From: Kluyvera sp.
GTDB lineage: Bacteria > Pseudomonadota > Gammaproteobacteria > Enterobacterales > Enterobacteriaceae
Direction of reading: 5' to 3'
DNA length: 43,988 nt
Assembly (NCBI GenBank): GCA_051656825.1
Contig: JBOFJM010000711.1
Span: forward strand, 1-43,988
Positions 10,030-21,453 of this stretch are shown piece by piece (the first letter of the stretch is position 1; each line of letters starts with the position of its first letter). The notes below the pieces were generated by a model, which ran no database searches, was not told the origin of the DNA, and saw only the letters and a program-made list of their open reading frames with translations. The position numbers and the translations under genes were made by a program.

Positions 10030-10766
10030 CCATTCTGGTTACCCGCCCCTCCCCGCAAGGTGAAGAGTTAGTCAGCCGTTTGCGCGCGCTGGGGCGAGTA
10101 GCCTGGAGCTTTCCACTGATTGAATTTACCCCAGGCCGCGAGCTGAACACGCTCGGTAACGCGCTTCATACGTTGGGTGAAGGAGATTTAGTTTTCGCAC
10201 TTTCGCAACACGCGGTCAGTTTCAGCCATGCGCAGCTACAGCAGCAGCGCCTGAGCTGGCCTACCCTCCCCCGTTATTTTGCCATTGGCCGTACCACGGC
10301 ATTAGCCTTGCATCAGGTCAGCGGTGTGGATGTTCGCTATCCTTTAGATCGGGAAATTAGCGAAGTGTTGCTACAATTACCTGAATTGCAAACTATTGCC
10401 GGCAAGAAGGCGCTGATTCTCCGGGGTAACGGCGGGCGCGAATTACTCGCCGAAACGCTCACCGCGCGTGGTGCTGACGTTACGCTATGTGAATGTTATC
10501 AACGCTGTGCCATTCACTATGACGGCGCTGAAGAGGCCATGCGCTGGCAGTCTCGCGGGGTAACCACTGTAGTGGTGACCAGCGGTGAAATGCTGCAACA
10601 GTTATGGGCACTTATTCCCCTCTGGTATCGGGAACGCTGGCTGCTCAACTGCCGTCTACTGGTAGTGAGTGAGCGCATTGCACGTTTAGCCCAGGAAATG
10701 GGCTGGCAGGATATTCAGGTTGCCGATAGCGCAGACAACGATGCGCTGCTGCGCGCATTACAATAA
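10026..10766 (+). CDS. hemD: Uroporphyrinogen-III synthase
   Basis: MTILVTRP, 246 aa, overlaps the hemC stop. Confidence 0.97.
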   Translation: MTILVTRPSPQGEELVSRLRALGRVAWSFPLIEFTPGRELNTLGNALHTLGEGDLVFALSQHAVSFSHAQLQQQRLSWPTLPRYFAIGRTTALALHQVSGVDVRYPLDREISEVLLQLPELQTIAGKKALILRGNGGRELLAETLTARGADVTLCECYQRCAIHYDGAEEAMRWQSRGVTTVVVTSGEMLQQLWALIPLWYRERWLLNCRLLVVSERIARLAQEMGWQDIQVADSADNDALLRALQ

Positions 10767-10787
10767 CTCTCAAAATTGGAAGCCATA

Positions 10788-11966
10788 ATGACGGAACAAA
10801 AAGAAAACTCCGCCGTGGTTGAAGAGTCCAGGGATGCCGTGGACACCACGCCGCAACCCAAAGCTCGTAAGCCAGAAAATGCTGAGAAAAAGAATAACGG
10901 CGGAAAAACCAGTCTGGTGCTGAGCGCCGTCGCCATAGCCATTGCATTAGCGGCAGGCGTGGGCCTGTACGGCTGGGGCAAACAACAGGCCGTCAACCAA
11001 ACTACCGCCAGCGACACCCTCGCCAACCAGCTGATTGCGCTGCAAAAAGCGCAGGATGCGCAAAAAGAGGCGCTGGAAACCACCATCAAGCAGCAGGCAA
11101 GCGAGCTGGAAGCCGCGAAAGCCCAGCAGAGCGAGATGGCAAAACAACTGGATGAAGTACAGCAGAAAGTCGCCGCTATCTCTGGCAGCGATGCCAAAAC
11201 CTGGCTGCTGGCACAATCTGATTTCCTCGTGAAGCTCGCTGGACGCAAGCTGTGGAGCGATCAAGACGTGACCACTGCGGCTGCACTGCTGAAAAGCGCG
11301 GATGCAAGCCTGGCCGACATGAATGACCCAAGTTTAATCGCCGCGCGCCGCGCCATCACCGATGATATTGCCAGCCTTTCGGCTGTCGCGCAGGTGGACT
11401 ACGACGGCATCATCCTGAAGGTGAACCAACTGGCAAACCAGGTCGATAACCTGCGTCTGGCGGATAATAACAACGACGATTCGCCGATGGACTCCGACGA
11501 CAGTGAGCTGTCAACGTCGGTACGCGAATGGCGTGTTAACCTGCAAAAAAGCTGGCAGAGCTTTATGGATAGCTTTATCACCATTCGTCGTCGTGATGAA
11601 ACCGCCGTGCCGCTGCTGGCCCCAAACCAGGATATTTACCTGCGTGAAAACATCCGTTCTCGCCTGTTAGTCGCGGCGCAAGCGGTTCCTCGTCACCAGG
11701 AAGAAACCTACAAACAGGCGCTGGATAACGTATCAACCTGGGTTCGCGCTTACTACGATACCGAGGATGCCACCACCAAAGCATTCCTGGATGATGTGGA
11801 TAAGCTCAGCCAGCAGACCATCACCATGAACGTGCCGGAAACGCTACAGAGCCAGCCGATTCTGGAAAAACTGATGCAGACCCGCGTGCGTAATCTGATG
11901 GCGCAGCCTGCCGTGGCGCAACCTGCACCACAGCAACCGGCTGCCGCCGCACCGCAGGGGGAGTAA
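10788..11966 (+). CDS. hemX: HemX (uroporphyrinogen-III C-methyltransferase family annotation)
   Basis: MTEQKEN start, N-terminal TM helix, coiled coil, [18 protein letters not shown]; hemCDXY synteny. Confidence 0.95.
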   Translation: MTEQKENSAVVEESRDAVDTTPQPKARKPENAEKKNNGGKTSLVLSAVAIAIALAAGVGLYGWGKQQAVNQTTASDTLANQLIALQKAQDAQKEALETTIKQQASELEAAKAQQSEMAKQLDEVQQKVAAISGSDAKTWLLAQSDFLVKLAGRKLWSDQDVTTAAALLKSADASLADMNDPSLIAARRAITDDIASLSAVAQVDYDGIILKVNQLANQVDNLRLADNNNDDSPMDSDDSELSTSVREWRVNLQKSWQSFMDSFITIRRRDETAVPLLAPNQDIYLRENIRSRLLVAAQAVPRHQEETYKQALDNVSTWVRAYYDTEDATTKAFLDDVDKLSQQTITMNVPETLQSQPILEKLMQTRVRNLMAQPAVAQPAPQQPAAAAPQGE

Positions 11967-11969
11967 ACG

Positions 11970-13166
11970 ATGCTAAAAGTCTTATTACTCTTCGCACTGC
12001 TGATTGCCGGTATCGTGGTTGGCCCGATGATCGCTGGGCACCAGGGATATGTGTTAATTCAGACGGATAACTACAACATCGAAACCAGCGTCACCGGTTT
12101 AGTGATTATCCTGATTCTGGTGATGGTCGTACTGTTCTTGCTGGAGTGGATTTTGCGCCGCATTTTCCGTACCGGCGCCAACACTCGCGGCTGGTTCGTT
12201 GGCCGTAAGCGCCGTCGTGCACGCAAACAGACCGAGCAAGCGCTGCTGAAACTGGCGGAAGGCGATTATCAGCAGGTTGAGAAGCTGATGTCGAAAAATG
12301 CCGACCACGCAGAACAACCGGTGGTGAACTACCTGCTGGCAGCCGAAGCGGCGCAGCAGCGCGGCGACGAGGCGCGCGCTAATCAGCATCTTCAGCGCGC
12401 AGAAGAAAACGCCGGTAATGATCTGATCCCTGTTGAAATTACGCGTGTTCGTCTGCAACTGGCGCGTAACGAAAACCATGCAGCTCGCCACGGGGTCGAT
12501 AAACTGCTGGAAATCGCCCCACGTCACCCGGAAGTGCTGCGTCTGGCTGAGCAGGCTTATATCCAGACTGGCGCGTGGAGTTCACTGCTGGATATCATCC
12601 CATCGATGGCGAAAGCGCACGTGGGCGATGACGCTCACCGAGCGGCGCTGGAACAGCAAGCGTGGATTGGTCTGATGGATCAAGCACGTGCCGACCAGGG
12701 CAGCGAAGGGTTGCGTAATTGGTGGAAAAATCAAAGCCGTAAAACGCGTCATCAGGTCGCGCTTCAGGTGGCGATGGCGGATCATCTGATTGAATGTGAC
12801 GATCATGACACCGCCCAGCAGATCATCATCGATGGCCTGAAGCGCCAGTATGACGATCGTCTGGTAATGTTGATCCCACGTCTGCGTACCAACAATCCAG
12901 AACAGATGGAAAAACTGCTACGCCAGCAGATCAAAACGGTTGGCGATCGTCCGCTGTTGTGGAGCACGTTGGGGCAATCGCTGATGAAGCACGGCGAATG
13001 GCAAGAAGCGAGCCTGGCGTTCCGTGCAGCGCTCAAACAGCGCCCTGACGCCTATGACTACGCGTGGCTTGCCGATACGCTTGACCGCCTGAAGCAGCCA
13101 GAAGAAGCCGCAGCAATGCGCCGTGATGGCCTGATGCTGACGCTACAGAACAACCCGCCAGCGTAA
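11970..13166 (+). CDS. hemY: Protoheme IX biogenesis protein HemY (TPR)
   Basis: 398 aa; MLKVLLLF...HQGYVLIQTDNYNIETS. Confidence 0.96.
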   Translation: MLKVLLLFALLIAGIVVGPMIAGHQGYVLIQTDNYNIETSVTGLVIILILVMVVLFLLEWILRRIFRTGANTRGWFVGRKRRRARKQTEQALLKLAEGDYQQVEKLMSKNADHAEQPVVNYLLAAEAAQQRGDEARANQHLQRAEENAGNDLIPVEITRVRLQLARNENHAARHGVDKLLEIAPRHPEVLRLAEQAYIQTGAWSSLLDIIPSMAKAHVGDDAHRAALEQQAWIGLMDQARADQGSEGLRNWWKNQSRKTRHQVALQVAMADHLIECDDHDTAQQIIIDGLKRQYDDRLVMLIPRLRTNNPEQMEKLLRQQIKTVGDRPLLWSTLGQSLMKHGEWQEASLAFRAALKQRPDAYDYAWLADTLDRLKQPEEAAAMRRDGLMLTLQNNPPA

Positions 13167-13182
13167 TTCTGCGGGGTATTTG

Positions 13183-13209
13183 AAAAGGGGCCATTCGGCC
13201 CCTTTTTTT
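13183..13209 (+). terminator. hemY intrinsic terminator
   Basis: AAAAGGGGCC-attc-GGCCCCTTTTTTT. Confidence 0.85.
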
Positions 13210-13224
13210 GTCTCCTTCGCCCAT

Positions 13225-13430
13225 AAAAAAACGCCTGCTCTTTTAAGGAGCAGGCGTTAAACAGGTTTAATTCGACAACATAATGGGTGCTTCACTCAAC
13301 GTTATGCCCATGGTGTCTGATGAGGCTTAAGCGACATCTGTCAGTGGACGATAAGCACCGTAAACGGCTCTGCATCATTCCTGAGTTTATGAGGCCAAAG
13401 GCGAGCATAAGAGATGGAATGAGCATCTAC
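13225..13430 (-). ncRNA. glmZ: GlmZ (SraJ) sRNA, activator of glmS
   Basis: Minus strand reads GTAGATGCTCATTCCATCTCTTATG...GTTGAGTGAAGCACCC...CCTGTTTAACGCCTGCTCC..GAGCAGGCGTTTTTTT; converges on hemY as in E. coli. Confidence 0.93.
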
Positions 13431-13543
13431 GCGGCGCATTATGGCACAGGATTCTGGAGGATGACACCTCCGGTTACAGACAAATGATCTATTTATTAAA
13501 TCTTTAAGAAGAAGGGCATCAACGCGAGGTAGATAAACGGCAG

Positions 13544-13572
13544 AAAACAAAAAACCCCGCCGAAGCGGGGTT
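13544..13572 (-). terminator. Terminator of the tRNA operon (after distal proM copy)
   Basis: Minus strand AACCCCGC-ttcg-GCGGGGTTTTTTGTTTT. Confidence 0.85.
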
Positions 13573-13578
13573 CAAAAT

Positions 13579-13655
13579 TGGTCGGCGAGAGAGGATTCGA
13601 ACCTCCGACCCACTGGTCCCAAACCAGTTGCGCTACCAAGCTGCGCTACTCGCCG
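13579..13655 (-). tRNA. proM: tRNA-Pro(UGG), distal copy
   Basis: CGGCGAGTAGCGCAGCTTGGTAGCGCAACTGGTT-TGG-GACCAGTGGGTCGGAGGTTCGAATCCTCTCTCGCCGACCA, 77 nt. Confidence 0.97.
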
Positions 13656-13747
13656 TTTTACTGCTTTTTTGAATTTTTAGTTCAATTCTTTTTTTTGTTA
13701 ACACCATCGGTGTGAACAAAAAAACCCGCCTTAGCAGGGTTCAAAAT

Positions 13748-13824
13748 TGGTCGGCGAGAGAGGATTCGAACCTCCGACCCACTGGTCCCAAACCAGTTGC
13801 GCTACCAAGCTGCGCTACTCGCCG
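13748..13824 (-). tRNA. proM: tRNA-Pro(UGG), proximal copy
   Basis: Identical 77-nt sequence, offset by 169 bp. Confidence 0.97.
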
Positions 13825-13866
13825 ATGTACTGCTTTTTGAACACTTCGTTCAATTCGTTAAAGTCG

Positions 13867-13953
13867 TGGTGCGAGGGGGGGGACTTGAACCCCCACGTCC
13901 GTAAGAACACTAACACCTGAAGCTAGCGCGTCTACCAATTCCGCCACCTTCGC
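13867..13953 (-). tRNA. leuT: tRNA-Leu(CAG)
   Basis: GCGAAGGTGGCGGAATTGGTAGACGCGCTAGCTT-CAG-GTG...CCCCTCGCACCA, 87 nt with long variable arm. Confidence 0.97.
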
Positions 13954-13976
13954 AAATTCACAACTCTATCAAATAA

Positions 13977-14053
13977 TGGGGTGGCTAATGGGATTCGAAC
14001 CCACGACAACTGGAATCACAATCCAGGGCTCTACCAACTGAGCTATAGCCACC
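13977..14053 (-). tRNA. hisR: tRNA-His(GUG)
   Basis: GGTGGCTATAGCTCAGTTGGTAGAGCCCTGGATT-GTG-ATTCCAG...CCACCCCA including G-1. Confidence 0.97.
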
Positions 14054-14109
14054 ACTGTTAAATCTGTTACGCGGTTTCAAAAACCACCGCAGCTCCAGCA
14101 CCGGGTAAA

Positions 14110-14186
<77 letters not shown>

Positions 14187-14207
14187 TTAGCGCCGTTGCG
14201 GGGTCGG

Positions 14208-14236
14208 ATAATACGGACTTCCCCCCCCGCTGTCTA
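14208..14236 (-). promoter_or_regulatory. Sigma70 promoter of the argX tRNA operon
   Basis: TAGACA-17 bp-TATTAT, GC-rich discriminator, AT-rich UP-like element upstream. Confidence 0.8.
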
Positions 14237-14288
14237 GTGCCTTTTTAAATAAAATTACTGTTTGCTCATGCTTTGTGCATTTCGTCGC

Positions 14289-15674
14289 TTATTTACGCAA
14301 ATCCTGGGATTGCGTTGCGCGATGCATCCCAAAAACACGGTAAATCAGCGTGACAAGCGCCAAAAACAGAATACCCACAAACAACGACAAACGGGTGTCA
14401 TCATTGATGCCCATACCAATCAGCACACAAACCAGGAATGCCATAGTCAAATAGTTAGCCCACGGGAACATGATCGAGCGGAATGGATGGCTGGCAATCG
14501 CTTCCTGGTGTTCACGACGAAAACGCAGTTGGCTAATCAGAATCACAAACCACGGCACCATGCCCGGTAACACGCTGGCGCTATAAACGTACACAAAGAC
14601 ACGCTGCGGATTAGGAATAATGTAGTTCAGACACGAGCCAATCAGCAAAATAACAATGGACAGCGTAACACCCGCCGCCGGTACACCGCTTTTCGTCACT
14701 TTCGCCATCGCTGCCGGTAACTGACGGTTTTTCGCCAGCGCGTAGAGCATACGCCCGCAGCTATACATACCACTGTTACAGCCAGACAACGCTGCCGTCA
14801 GCACCACGAAGTTAATAACCCCCGCCGCCGCAGTAATACCGATTTTGGCAAAGGTCAGAACAAACGGGCTGCCATTCGTGCCAATTTCATTCCACGGGAA
14901 GATAGTGACGATAACGAAAATCGCGCCCACATAGAAAATCAGGATACGCCACAGCACTTTACCCACGGCGCTGCGCAGCGTGACCTGTGGGTTTTTCGCT
15001 TCACCGGCGGTCATGCCGATAAGCTCAACGCCCTGGTAAGATGCCACAACGATACACAACGCCGTCAGAAAGCCTTTCCAGCCACCAGCAAAGAAGCCGC
15101 CGTGCTCGGTCAGATTACTAAACCCTATCGATTGGCCGCCGTTACCAAAGCCAAAGAAAATTACACCGAGGCCAATCACAATCATCACGATAATCGTGGT
15201 GACTTTGATCATCGCAAACCAGAATTCGATTTCACCGTACAGGCGCACTGCCGCCAGGTTTGCCAGCGCAACCAGCCCAACGGCAATCAGCGCGGGTATC
15301 CACTGCGCCATATCCGGGAACCAGAACTGGACGTACACCCCTATCGCGGTTATTTCGGAAATGCCCACGGCCATCCACATAAACCAATATGACCAGGCGG
15401 TGAGATAGCCAAAGAATGGGCTCATATAACGGTGTGCATAAACAGCGAACGAACCGGTTACCGGCTCGATAAACAGCATTTCGCCCATTGAGCGCATAAT
15501 AAAGAAGACAAAAACCCCCGCCAGGATATAGGCCAATAGCACCGATGGCCCCGCCCATTTAAGGGTGCTTGCTGCCCCCATAAACAGGCCTACGCCGATA
15601 GTGCCCCCGAGGGCAATTAATTCAATGTGACGGGCTTCCAGACCGCGCTGAAGCTCCGGTTTCTTCTCTGCCAT
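14289..15674 (-). CDS. yifK: APC-family amino acid (threonine/serine) permease YifK/ThrP
   Basis: [31 protein letters not shown]; 461 aa from ATG 15674. Confidence 0.95.
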   Translation of the reverse strand: MAEKKPELQRGLEARHIELIALGGTIGVGLFMGAASTLKWAGPSVLLAYILAGVFVFFIMRSMGEMLFIEPVTGSFAVYAHRYMSPFFGYLTAWSYWFMWMAVGISEITAIGVYVQFWFPDMAQWIPALIAVGLVALANLAAVRLYGEIEFWFAMIKVTTIIVMIVIGLGVIFFGFGNGGQSIGFSNLTEHGGFFAGGWKGFLTALCIVVASYQGVELIGMTAGEAKNPQVTLRSAVGKVLWRILIFYVGAIFVIVTIFPWNEIGTNGSPFVLTFAKIGITAAAGVINFVVLTAALSGCNSGMYSCGRMLYALAKNRQLPAAMAKVTKSGVPAAGVTLSIVILLIGSCLNYIIPNPQRVFVYVYSASVLPGMVPWFVILISQLRFRREHQEAIASHPFRSIMFPWANYLTMAFLVCVLIGMGINDDTRLSLFVGILFLALVTLIYRVFGMHRATQSQDLRK

Positions 15675-15902
15675 AAATCCTCTTGTGTTTGCATATGTCC
15701 GGTCAATGCCGGTTTTATTTTTATAAATAATGGATATTTTCGGATGTGGACGCATCAGCCAAATTACGGATACGCCATCAGGGTATGCGAATGGTTTAAC
15801 AATTTTTAATAAATGGCAAATATAAATGAGAATGAAAAAAACGAATTTGTGAATGTATCTCGCAGAGAATGCGCGATACATTCACCTTATTACGCGGGAA
15901 AT

Positions 15903-16643
15903 TTAGAGTTGGTTAGTGTAATGCCAACGTAAATAGCGCAGCAGACGCAGTTGGCGTTTAATGCGGCTTGGCTGGGATAACAGACGGTAAAGCCACTCCA
16001 GGCCTAAGTTCTGCCACACCTTTGGCGCGCGTTTAACATGGCCGGTGAAGACATCGTAAGTGCCGCCAACGCCCATATACAGCGCGTCTGGGTGCACCAA
16101 ACGGCAATCGCGCATCAGAATCTCTTGCTTTGGCGAGCCCATCGCGACCGTCACAATCTGCGCCCCGCTGTCGCGGATACGTTCAAACAGCGCCGGGCGC
16201 TGCTCTGGCGTGAAGTAGCCATCCTGAGTGCCCACCAGGTTCACATTCCACTGCTGACGCAGCTTTTCACGGGTTTGCGCCAACACGTCCGGTTTGCCGC
16301 CGATCAAAAACACTGGCGTACCTTCAGCTCCAGCGCGCGCCATCAGCGCTTCCCACAGGTCAGCCCCAGCCACGCGCGAAACGTCGGCTTCGGGGTACTT
16401 TTTGCGTATCGAACGCACCACGCTGATACCGTCGGCGTATTTAAACTCCGCCGCGTTGATCAGCGTTCTAACCTCGGCGTTATCTTCCAGCGTCAGCATT
16501 TTCTCGGCGTTAATCGCCACCAATGTGCCCTGTTTTAAGTGGCCGCCCGCGTACAGATAGTCCAGCGCGTGCTCCATGTTACGCCAGCCAATAAGCTTCA
16601 ACCCACGCAAGGTGTAGGTCGGCGCGGTCAGTAAATCAGCCAT
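15903..16643 (-). CDS. wecG: UDP-ManNAcA transferase
   Basis: WecB/TagA/CpsF family ([21 protein letters not shown]); 246 aa. Confidence 0.96.
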   Translation of the reverse strand: MADLLTAPTYTLRGLKLIGWRNMEHALDYLYAGGHLKQGTLVAINAEKMLTLEDNAEVRTLINAAEFKYADGISVVRSIRKKYPEADVSRVAGADLWEALMARAGAEGTPVFLIGGKPDVLAQTREKLRQQWNVNLVGTQDGYFTPEQRPALFERIRDSGAQIVTVAMGSPKQEILMRDCRLVHPDALYMGVGGTYDVFTGHVKRAPKVWQNLGLEWLYRLLSQPSRIKRQLRLLRYLRWHYTNQL

Positions 16644-16644
16644 T

Positions 16645-17994
16645 TTATCCTTCTCCAACATGCGAGGGACGTTTTAGCCGCTGATGTATCAGCCCCGCGC
16701 GCTCAAACAACCAATACAACAGTTTTGCCACCAGCAAACATGCCCCAAAGACAACCATAAAAAAGACCACGCGAGATCCGAAGGAGTCCAGCCCTTCGCG
16801 CGCGAGCACGATCATATTGAAGATCGCGCCAAAGCAGAAACTGTGCAAAATCGCCGATTTATAACGGTTAGTCTCCTGATTCCCCAGGCTATACAACCAG
16901 TCAAACCATTTGATGATAAGCCCTACCACTACTGCACCCAGCGGCACAAACCATACGCCGCCCATCACCACCAGCGAGCCAATCAGCGTCGGTGAAATCG
17001 CAAGCCCAGAGTGGTTATTCAGCACTTCCCAGGTGAAGTAGTTCGCGGTGTTAAGCACCACGCTTGGCCGCGATGGCCACAGCCAGCCAGGGATAAAGAC
17101 ATAGAAGTCGCGCACCATCGGCGCTAAGCCCTGGAACTCGATTTTGTCGTAGTTTTGCAGCAGTAGCGCCAGGTTTTCCCACGGCGAGAAGGTATCGCGC
17201 GTCAGGTACAAGAAGGAGTAAAACGCTTCATCGCCGCTAACGCTCATCCCGTAGCGCTTTAATGCCAGCCAGAACATGCCGACAATCCCCAGAACGCCCG
17301 CTGCCGCCAGCATCCACAGCGAAATCCAGCCGCGAATAATGCCGATAAACAAGAAGATAGCGAACGCGATAATAATGTTGGCGCGCGTGCCGCCAACAAT
17401 CGCGTAGGTCAGTAAGCCGAATGCGGTGGTGGCAATCAGGAAGCCAATCCACGCATTCCAACTGGGCTTGAGGAAGTAAACCACCAGCATCGCCGGAATA
17501 AAGAAGTAGAAGAAGCGCTTAAGCGCCACGCCGGAGACTTCGCTGGAGAATATCTGGCTGTAAGAGTGCAGCTTAAACAGCAGGAAGCCGTTATGCAGGA
17601 AGAACGTGCCCACCGTTAACAGCGCAATCCCCATCATCAACACCCACGCGATGTTGGTTTCCACCCGATTCATGGTAAACAACGGGCGGCGCGGCGCACT
17701 GGCGTTCGCCGTGCGCAGGCGTGTTTTATAGGTGACGTAATACACCGCGTAGAAACAGACCGAAACCAACAGCGTTTGCAGCAGTGTCTCGGGCGGCGAA
17801 ACGCCCACATCGAAACGGAACACCAGCGTGCAAGTCAGCGGGAAGCCGAAGAAGAAGGTCAGCAGGAACAGCAGCGAGAAAAAGACGTTAAAGTTAAAGC
17901 GCACCCGACGGAATTCGAACCACGTCAGCGTGCCGATAAACAGCGTAGACAACAGCCAGACGACAAATAGCCCGGTAAACTGCATTTCGCTCAT
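16645..17994 (-). CDS. wzyE: ECA polymerase
   Basis: 449-aa multi-TM protein; [14 protein letters not shown] cluster synteny. Confidence 0.96.
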   Translation of the reverse strand: MSEMQFTGLFVVWLLSTLFIGTLTWFEFRRVRFNFNVFFSLLFLLTFFFGFPLTCTLVFRFDVGVSPPETLLQTLLVSVCFYAVYYVTYKTRLRTANASAPRRPLFTMNRVETNIAWVLMMGIALLTVGTFFLHNGFLLFKLHSYSQIFSSEVSGVALKRFFYFFIPAMLVVYFLKPSWNAWIGFLIATTAFGLLTYAIVGGTRANIIIAFAIFLFIGIIRGWISLWMLAAAGVLGIVGMFWLALKRYGMSVSGDEAFYSFLYLTRDTFSPWENLALLLQNYDKIEFQGLAPMVRDFYVFIPGWLWPSRPSVVLNTANYFTWEVLNNHSGLAISPTLIGSLVVMGGVWFVPLGAVVVGLIIKWFDWLYSLGNQETNRYKSAILHSFCFGAIFNMIVLAREGLDSFGSRVVFFMVVFGACLLVAKLLYWLFERAGLIHQRLKRPSHVGEG

Positions 17995-19070
17995 ACCGCT
18001 TCCCCCGCAGCCAACTGTAGCGCCCGATACCAGGGTTCCAGATAGTTTGGTTTGAAAAAGGCGATCGTGTTTTTATCCACCAGCGAAAGCTGACGCTGTG
18101 CTTCACGCACCACCGGAACCGTCAGCGCATCGTCGGTAAACAGTACCGGGATATTCTGCTCGGCCATATCCAGCCAAAACGGGTTCTGCCGATTCAGTAC
18201 GCACGGAATCCCCGCCTGAATCAACAAACACAGCGTGCCAATACCCTGCTGGCGGGCAAAAATGAAATAGCCCAAATCGCAGCGGCGTAATAGCGCGAGA
18301 TAGTCATCAAACTCTAGCTTTTCACGGAGGATTTGCACATTTTCGCCGCTAAATAGCGCCTGTGCGGCGTCACTCACATCCGTGATATACGCTTCGTTAT
18401 TCGCGGGGTAGCCCATTGGCACTATCACATTCACCGTGTCGCCAAACTGCTGATGAATCGCCTTCAGCGCCGTCAGGTGTTCATTGCTGCGATCGCCGGA
18501 GTTACCCACCAGAATCGTCAGTTTACCTTCGCGCGGCGTCGTATCCGCCAGCGAGTTCAGCGCCGGATCCATTCGCGTCGGGAAATAGAGCAGCTCGCCC
18601 GGCACTTTCGGATGCCGATGCGATAAATAGCTGAGATCGCCACGCGTGGCGAACGCACGCCCGACTCGCCCCTGCGCCATGCGGCGTAGCGGGTAGAACA
18701 GGCGAAATTTCAGGCCGCGCGAGACTTCATACAGATCCGCGCCCCAGATATGCCAGCTCACCTGCGATGGCTTCAGGCCACCGCTTAGCAGCGCCAGCCA
18801 AATGCCGGTATTAAACTGGCCATGAAAGAAGAATCGCTGCTGGCGGTCAGCTTTAGCTTTCGCCACCACCGCTTTCGCCAGCGTCGATTTATCGGCATAG
18901 CGCTCAATTGCCAGCGCCGGAAACGCCGCCGGGAGGCTATCGTCACGGCTTACTACCATAAACCGACGGGCGTGCGCGTGCTCTGCGGCCAGCTCATCGG
19001 CAAAAAACCGTAGCACCGTCTGGTTATGGTGAGGGATATCCGATCCCAGAATATGTATCAGTTCGGTCAT
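17991..19070 (-). CDS. wecF: TDP-Fuc4NAc:lipid II Fuc4NAc transferase
   Basis: [27 protein letters not shown]. Confidence 0.96.
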   Translation of the reverse strand: MTELIHILGSDIPHHNQTVLRFFADELAAEHAHARRFMVVSRDDSLPAAFPALAIERYADKSTLAKAVVAKAKADRQQRFFFHGQFNTGIWLALLSGGLKPSQVSWHIWGADLYEVSRGLKFRLFYPLRRMAQGRVGRAFATRGDLSYLSHRHPKVPGELLYFPTRMDPALNSLADTTPREGKLTILVGNSGDRSNEHLTALKAIHQQFGDTVNVIVPMGYPANNEAYITDVSDAAQALFSGENVQILREKLEFDDYLALLRRCDLGYFIFARQQGIGTLCLLIQAGIPCVLNRQNPFWLDMAEQNIPVLFTDDALTVPVVREAQRQLSLVDKNTIAFFKPNYLEPWYRALQLAAGEAV

Positions 19071-20317
19071 TGCCGTTTACGCCAAATTAAAAATACGCCG
19101 CTACACAGCGTGAAATAAACAATATAGGTGGCCATGTAGGCCTGTGCCGCCCCCAGCGCGCCGTGCGCCGGAATCAGCCAGTGAGAGAACGCCGTCAGCA
19201 ACGTAAACTGGCTCAGTTCGGCCAGAATATAAAAACGCAGCGACGCTTTTGCTATCACTAAATAACCAAAGACGTAAGCGCCTACTTTCAGCACATCGCC
19301 CACTAACTGCCACGCAAACAGGTCGCGCATGGCGGAAAACTTCGCCGAGAACAGCAGCCAGATGGCGAAATCACGCAGCAGCCAGACGCTGAGGCTGGCA
19401 GCGGCCACCGCAGGCAGAACAAACTTGAGCGAGCGGCCAATTTCGCGCGCGATCTCTTTTTTCGCCGTCAAACGCGAAAGCGTCGGCAACAGGTAAACGC
19501 TAAACGAAGCGGTAATAAACTGGAGGTAGGCGTCTGAAATACTGCTGACACCTTGCCAAATTCCCACTTCATCCCAGCTGTAATGCGCCGCCATCAGGTT
19601 TCGCATCATCACGTAGGCCACCGGCATCGTGACGGAGGTAATCAGCGCCATCAGGGTGAATTTGCCCAGTTGGCCCGCCAGCGCCTTGTCCCACTGAGGT
19701 TTCAGGTATCCCCACGGGATAAGCCCACGTCGGGAAAGCATCACCGCCGCCGGGATCACAATCAGTGCCGGAACCAACGCCAGCCCAAGCAGCGCGCCCT
19801 GATAGCCGCCCAGCCGGTAACAGGCGTAATACGCCACGACGCCCATCAGGCTACCGGCAATCAGCGACAGCGCGTTGCCCGCCGCATCGCGGAAGCCCTT
19901 CATCAACGCCAGCAGCAAGTTCGCCCACGCGATACCCATTTGTACCAGCGCGACCAGCCGCACCAGGCCTTGATAGTCGGTATGGCCGAATAACCCCTGG
20001 CTTATCGGCGCTGCCGCCAGCAGGAAAATCACCGCCAACAGCGTGGAGAATCCCAACACCATCGCCGACGATGTTCCCACTACCTGGCGCAAACGCGTCG
20101 GGTCATCGTGATGCTGAGCGACGAATTTCGTCACCCCGTTAAAAATCCCCGCCCCAGCCAATACGCCGAGCACGGTCACTAGCTGGCGGAAGTTCCCCGC
20201 CTGGCCAACGCCCGAGGGGCCAAAAGAGACAGCCAGCAGTTTTACCACTAACAGCCCAACGCCAATTTTTACCAGTGTGGACGCGGCGGTCCACACAGAA
20301 GCTTTTGCCAGTGACAT
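19067..20317 (-). CDS. wzxE: ECA lipid III flippase
   Basis: [18 protein letters not shown], 416-aa multi-TM. Confidence 0.96.
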   Translation of the reverse strand: MSLAKASVWTAASTLVKIGVGLLVVKLLAVSFGPSGVGQAGNFRQLVTVLGVLAGAGIFNGVTKFVAQHHDDPTRLRQVVGTSSAMVLGFSTLLAVIFLLAAAPISQGLFGHTDYQGLVRLVALVQMGIAWANLLLALMKGFRDAAGNALSLIAGSLMGVVAYYACYRLGGYQGALLGLALVPALIVIPAAVMLSRRGLIPWGYLKPQWDKALAGQLGKFTLMALITSVTMPVAYVMMRNLMAAHYSWDEVGIWQGVSSISDAYLQFITASFSVYLLPTLSRLTAKKEIAREIGRSLKFVLPAVAAASLSVWLLRDFAIWLLFSAKFSAMRDLFAWQLVGDVLKVGAYVFGYLVIAKASLRFYILAELSQFTLLTAFSHWLIPAHGALGAAQAYMATYIVYFTLCSGVFLIWRKRQ

Positions 20318-20318
20318 A

Positions 20319-21449
20319 TCAGGCGAAATAGCTCAATAGCGAATTGATAACCGTGCGCTGGTCAACCACCGGCAGGTTGTAGAACAGCGGCAGGCGTAGT
20401 AAACGCTCACTTTCTTGCGTGGTGAAACGGTCTTCGCCGTGGAACTCGCCAAACTTCTCACCCGCCGGGCAAGAGTGCAGCGGAATGTAGTGGAACACCG
20501 CCATAATTTCGGCTTCTTTCAGCCAGTTGATCAGCGCAGTGCGGTCTTCAACGTCACGCATTTTGATGTAAAACATGTGCGCATTGTGTCCACAATCGGC
20601 TGGCACAACTGGCAGGTCGATACGCCCCGCTTCCGCCAGCGGCAGCAGCGCGTCGTAGTAGTTCTGCCACAGCGCAAGACGCTGTTTGTTGATGCGGTCG
20701 GCAGCTTCCAGTTGCGCCCACAGATAGGCGGCCTGGAGATCAGACATCAAATAGCTGGAGCCAATATCACGCCAGGTATATTTGTCCACCAGCCCACGGA
20801 AGAACTGGCTGCGGTTGGTGCCTTTTTCACGGATGATTTCCGCACGCTCAACCAGCGCACGGTCGTTAATCAGCGTCGCGCCGCCTTCACCGCCCGCAGT
20901 GTAGTTTTTGGTTTCATGGAAGCTAAAGCAGCCGATATGACCAATAGATCCCAGCGCCTGGCCTTTGTAGGTGGACATCACACCCTGCGCGGCGTCTTCA
21001 ACCACGAACAGATTATATTTTTTCGCCAACGCCATAATGGTGTCCATTTCACAGGCCACGCCCGCGTAATGCACCGGCACAATGGCGCGGGTTTTATCGG
21101 TGATCGCCGCTTCAATCAGCGTCTCATCGATATTCATCGTCTCTTTGTGAACGTCCACAAACACAATTTTCGCACCACGCAGCACAAAGGCATTGGCGGT
21201 GGAAACGAAGGTGTAGCTCGGCATGATGACTTCATCGCCCGGCTGAATATCCAGCAGGATAGCCGCCATCTCTAGCGAGGCGGTGCAGGACGGAGTCAGC
21301 AGCACTTTGGCGCTCGCGAAGCGGTGTTCCATCCATTGCTGGCAACGACGGGTAAAACCACCATCGCCGCACAGCTTGCCGCTGCCCATCGCGGATTGCA
21401 TATAATCGAGTTCAGTACCCACAACCGGTGGGGCGTTAAATGGAATCAT
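20319..21449 (-). CDS. wecE: dTDP-4-amino-4,6-dideoxygalactose transaminase
   Basis: MIPFNAPPVVG, SFHETKN PLP-lysine motif; 376 aa. Confidence 0.97.
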   Translation of the reverse strand: MIPFNAPPVVGTELDYMQSAMGSGKLCGDGGFTRRCQQWMEHRFASAKVLLTPSCTASLEMAAILLDIQPGDEVIMPSYTFVSTANAFVLRGAKIVFVDVHKETMNIDETLIEAAITDKTRAIVPVHYAGVACEMDTIMALAKKYNLFVVEDAAQGVMSTYKGQALGSIGHIGCFSFHETKNYTAGGEGGATLINDRALVERAEIIREKGTNRSQFFRGLVDKYTWRDIGSSYLMSDLQAAYLWAQLEAADRINKQRLALWQNYYDALLPLAEAGRIDLPVVPADCGHNAHMFYIKMRDVEDRTALINWLKEAEIMAVFHYIPLHSCPAGEKFGEFHGEDRFTTQESERLLRLPLFYNLPVVDQRTVINSLLSYFA

Positions 21450-21453
21450 GGTG

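Noticed and set aside
13287..13550. Short ORFs overlapping GlmZ
   Set aside because: The region is explained by the sRNA and its promoter.
13579..13824. proM repeat as a CRISPR array or prophage attL/attR
   Set aside because: Both units are complete tRNA genes with duplicated 5' spacers; no cas or integrase genes and no cargo between them.
15675..15881. N-terminal extensions in the ORF track (yifK; also cyaA, hemC, hemX, wecG, wecE, wecB, trxA, rep)
   Set aside because: Downstream starts give the expected orthologue N-termini and lengths; the extensions come from longest-ORF calling.
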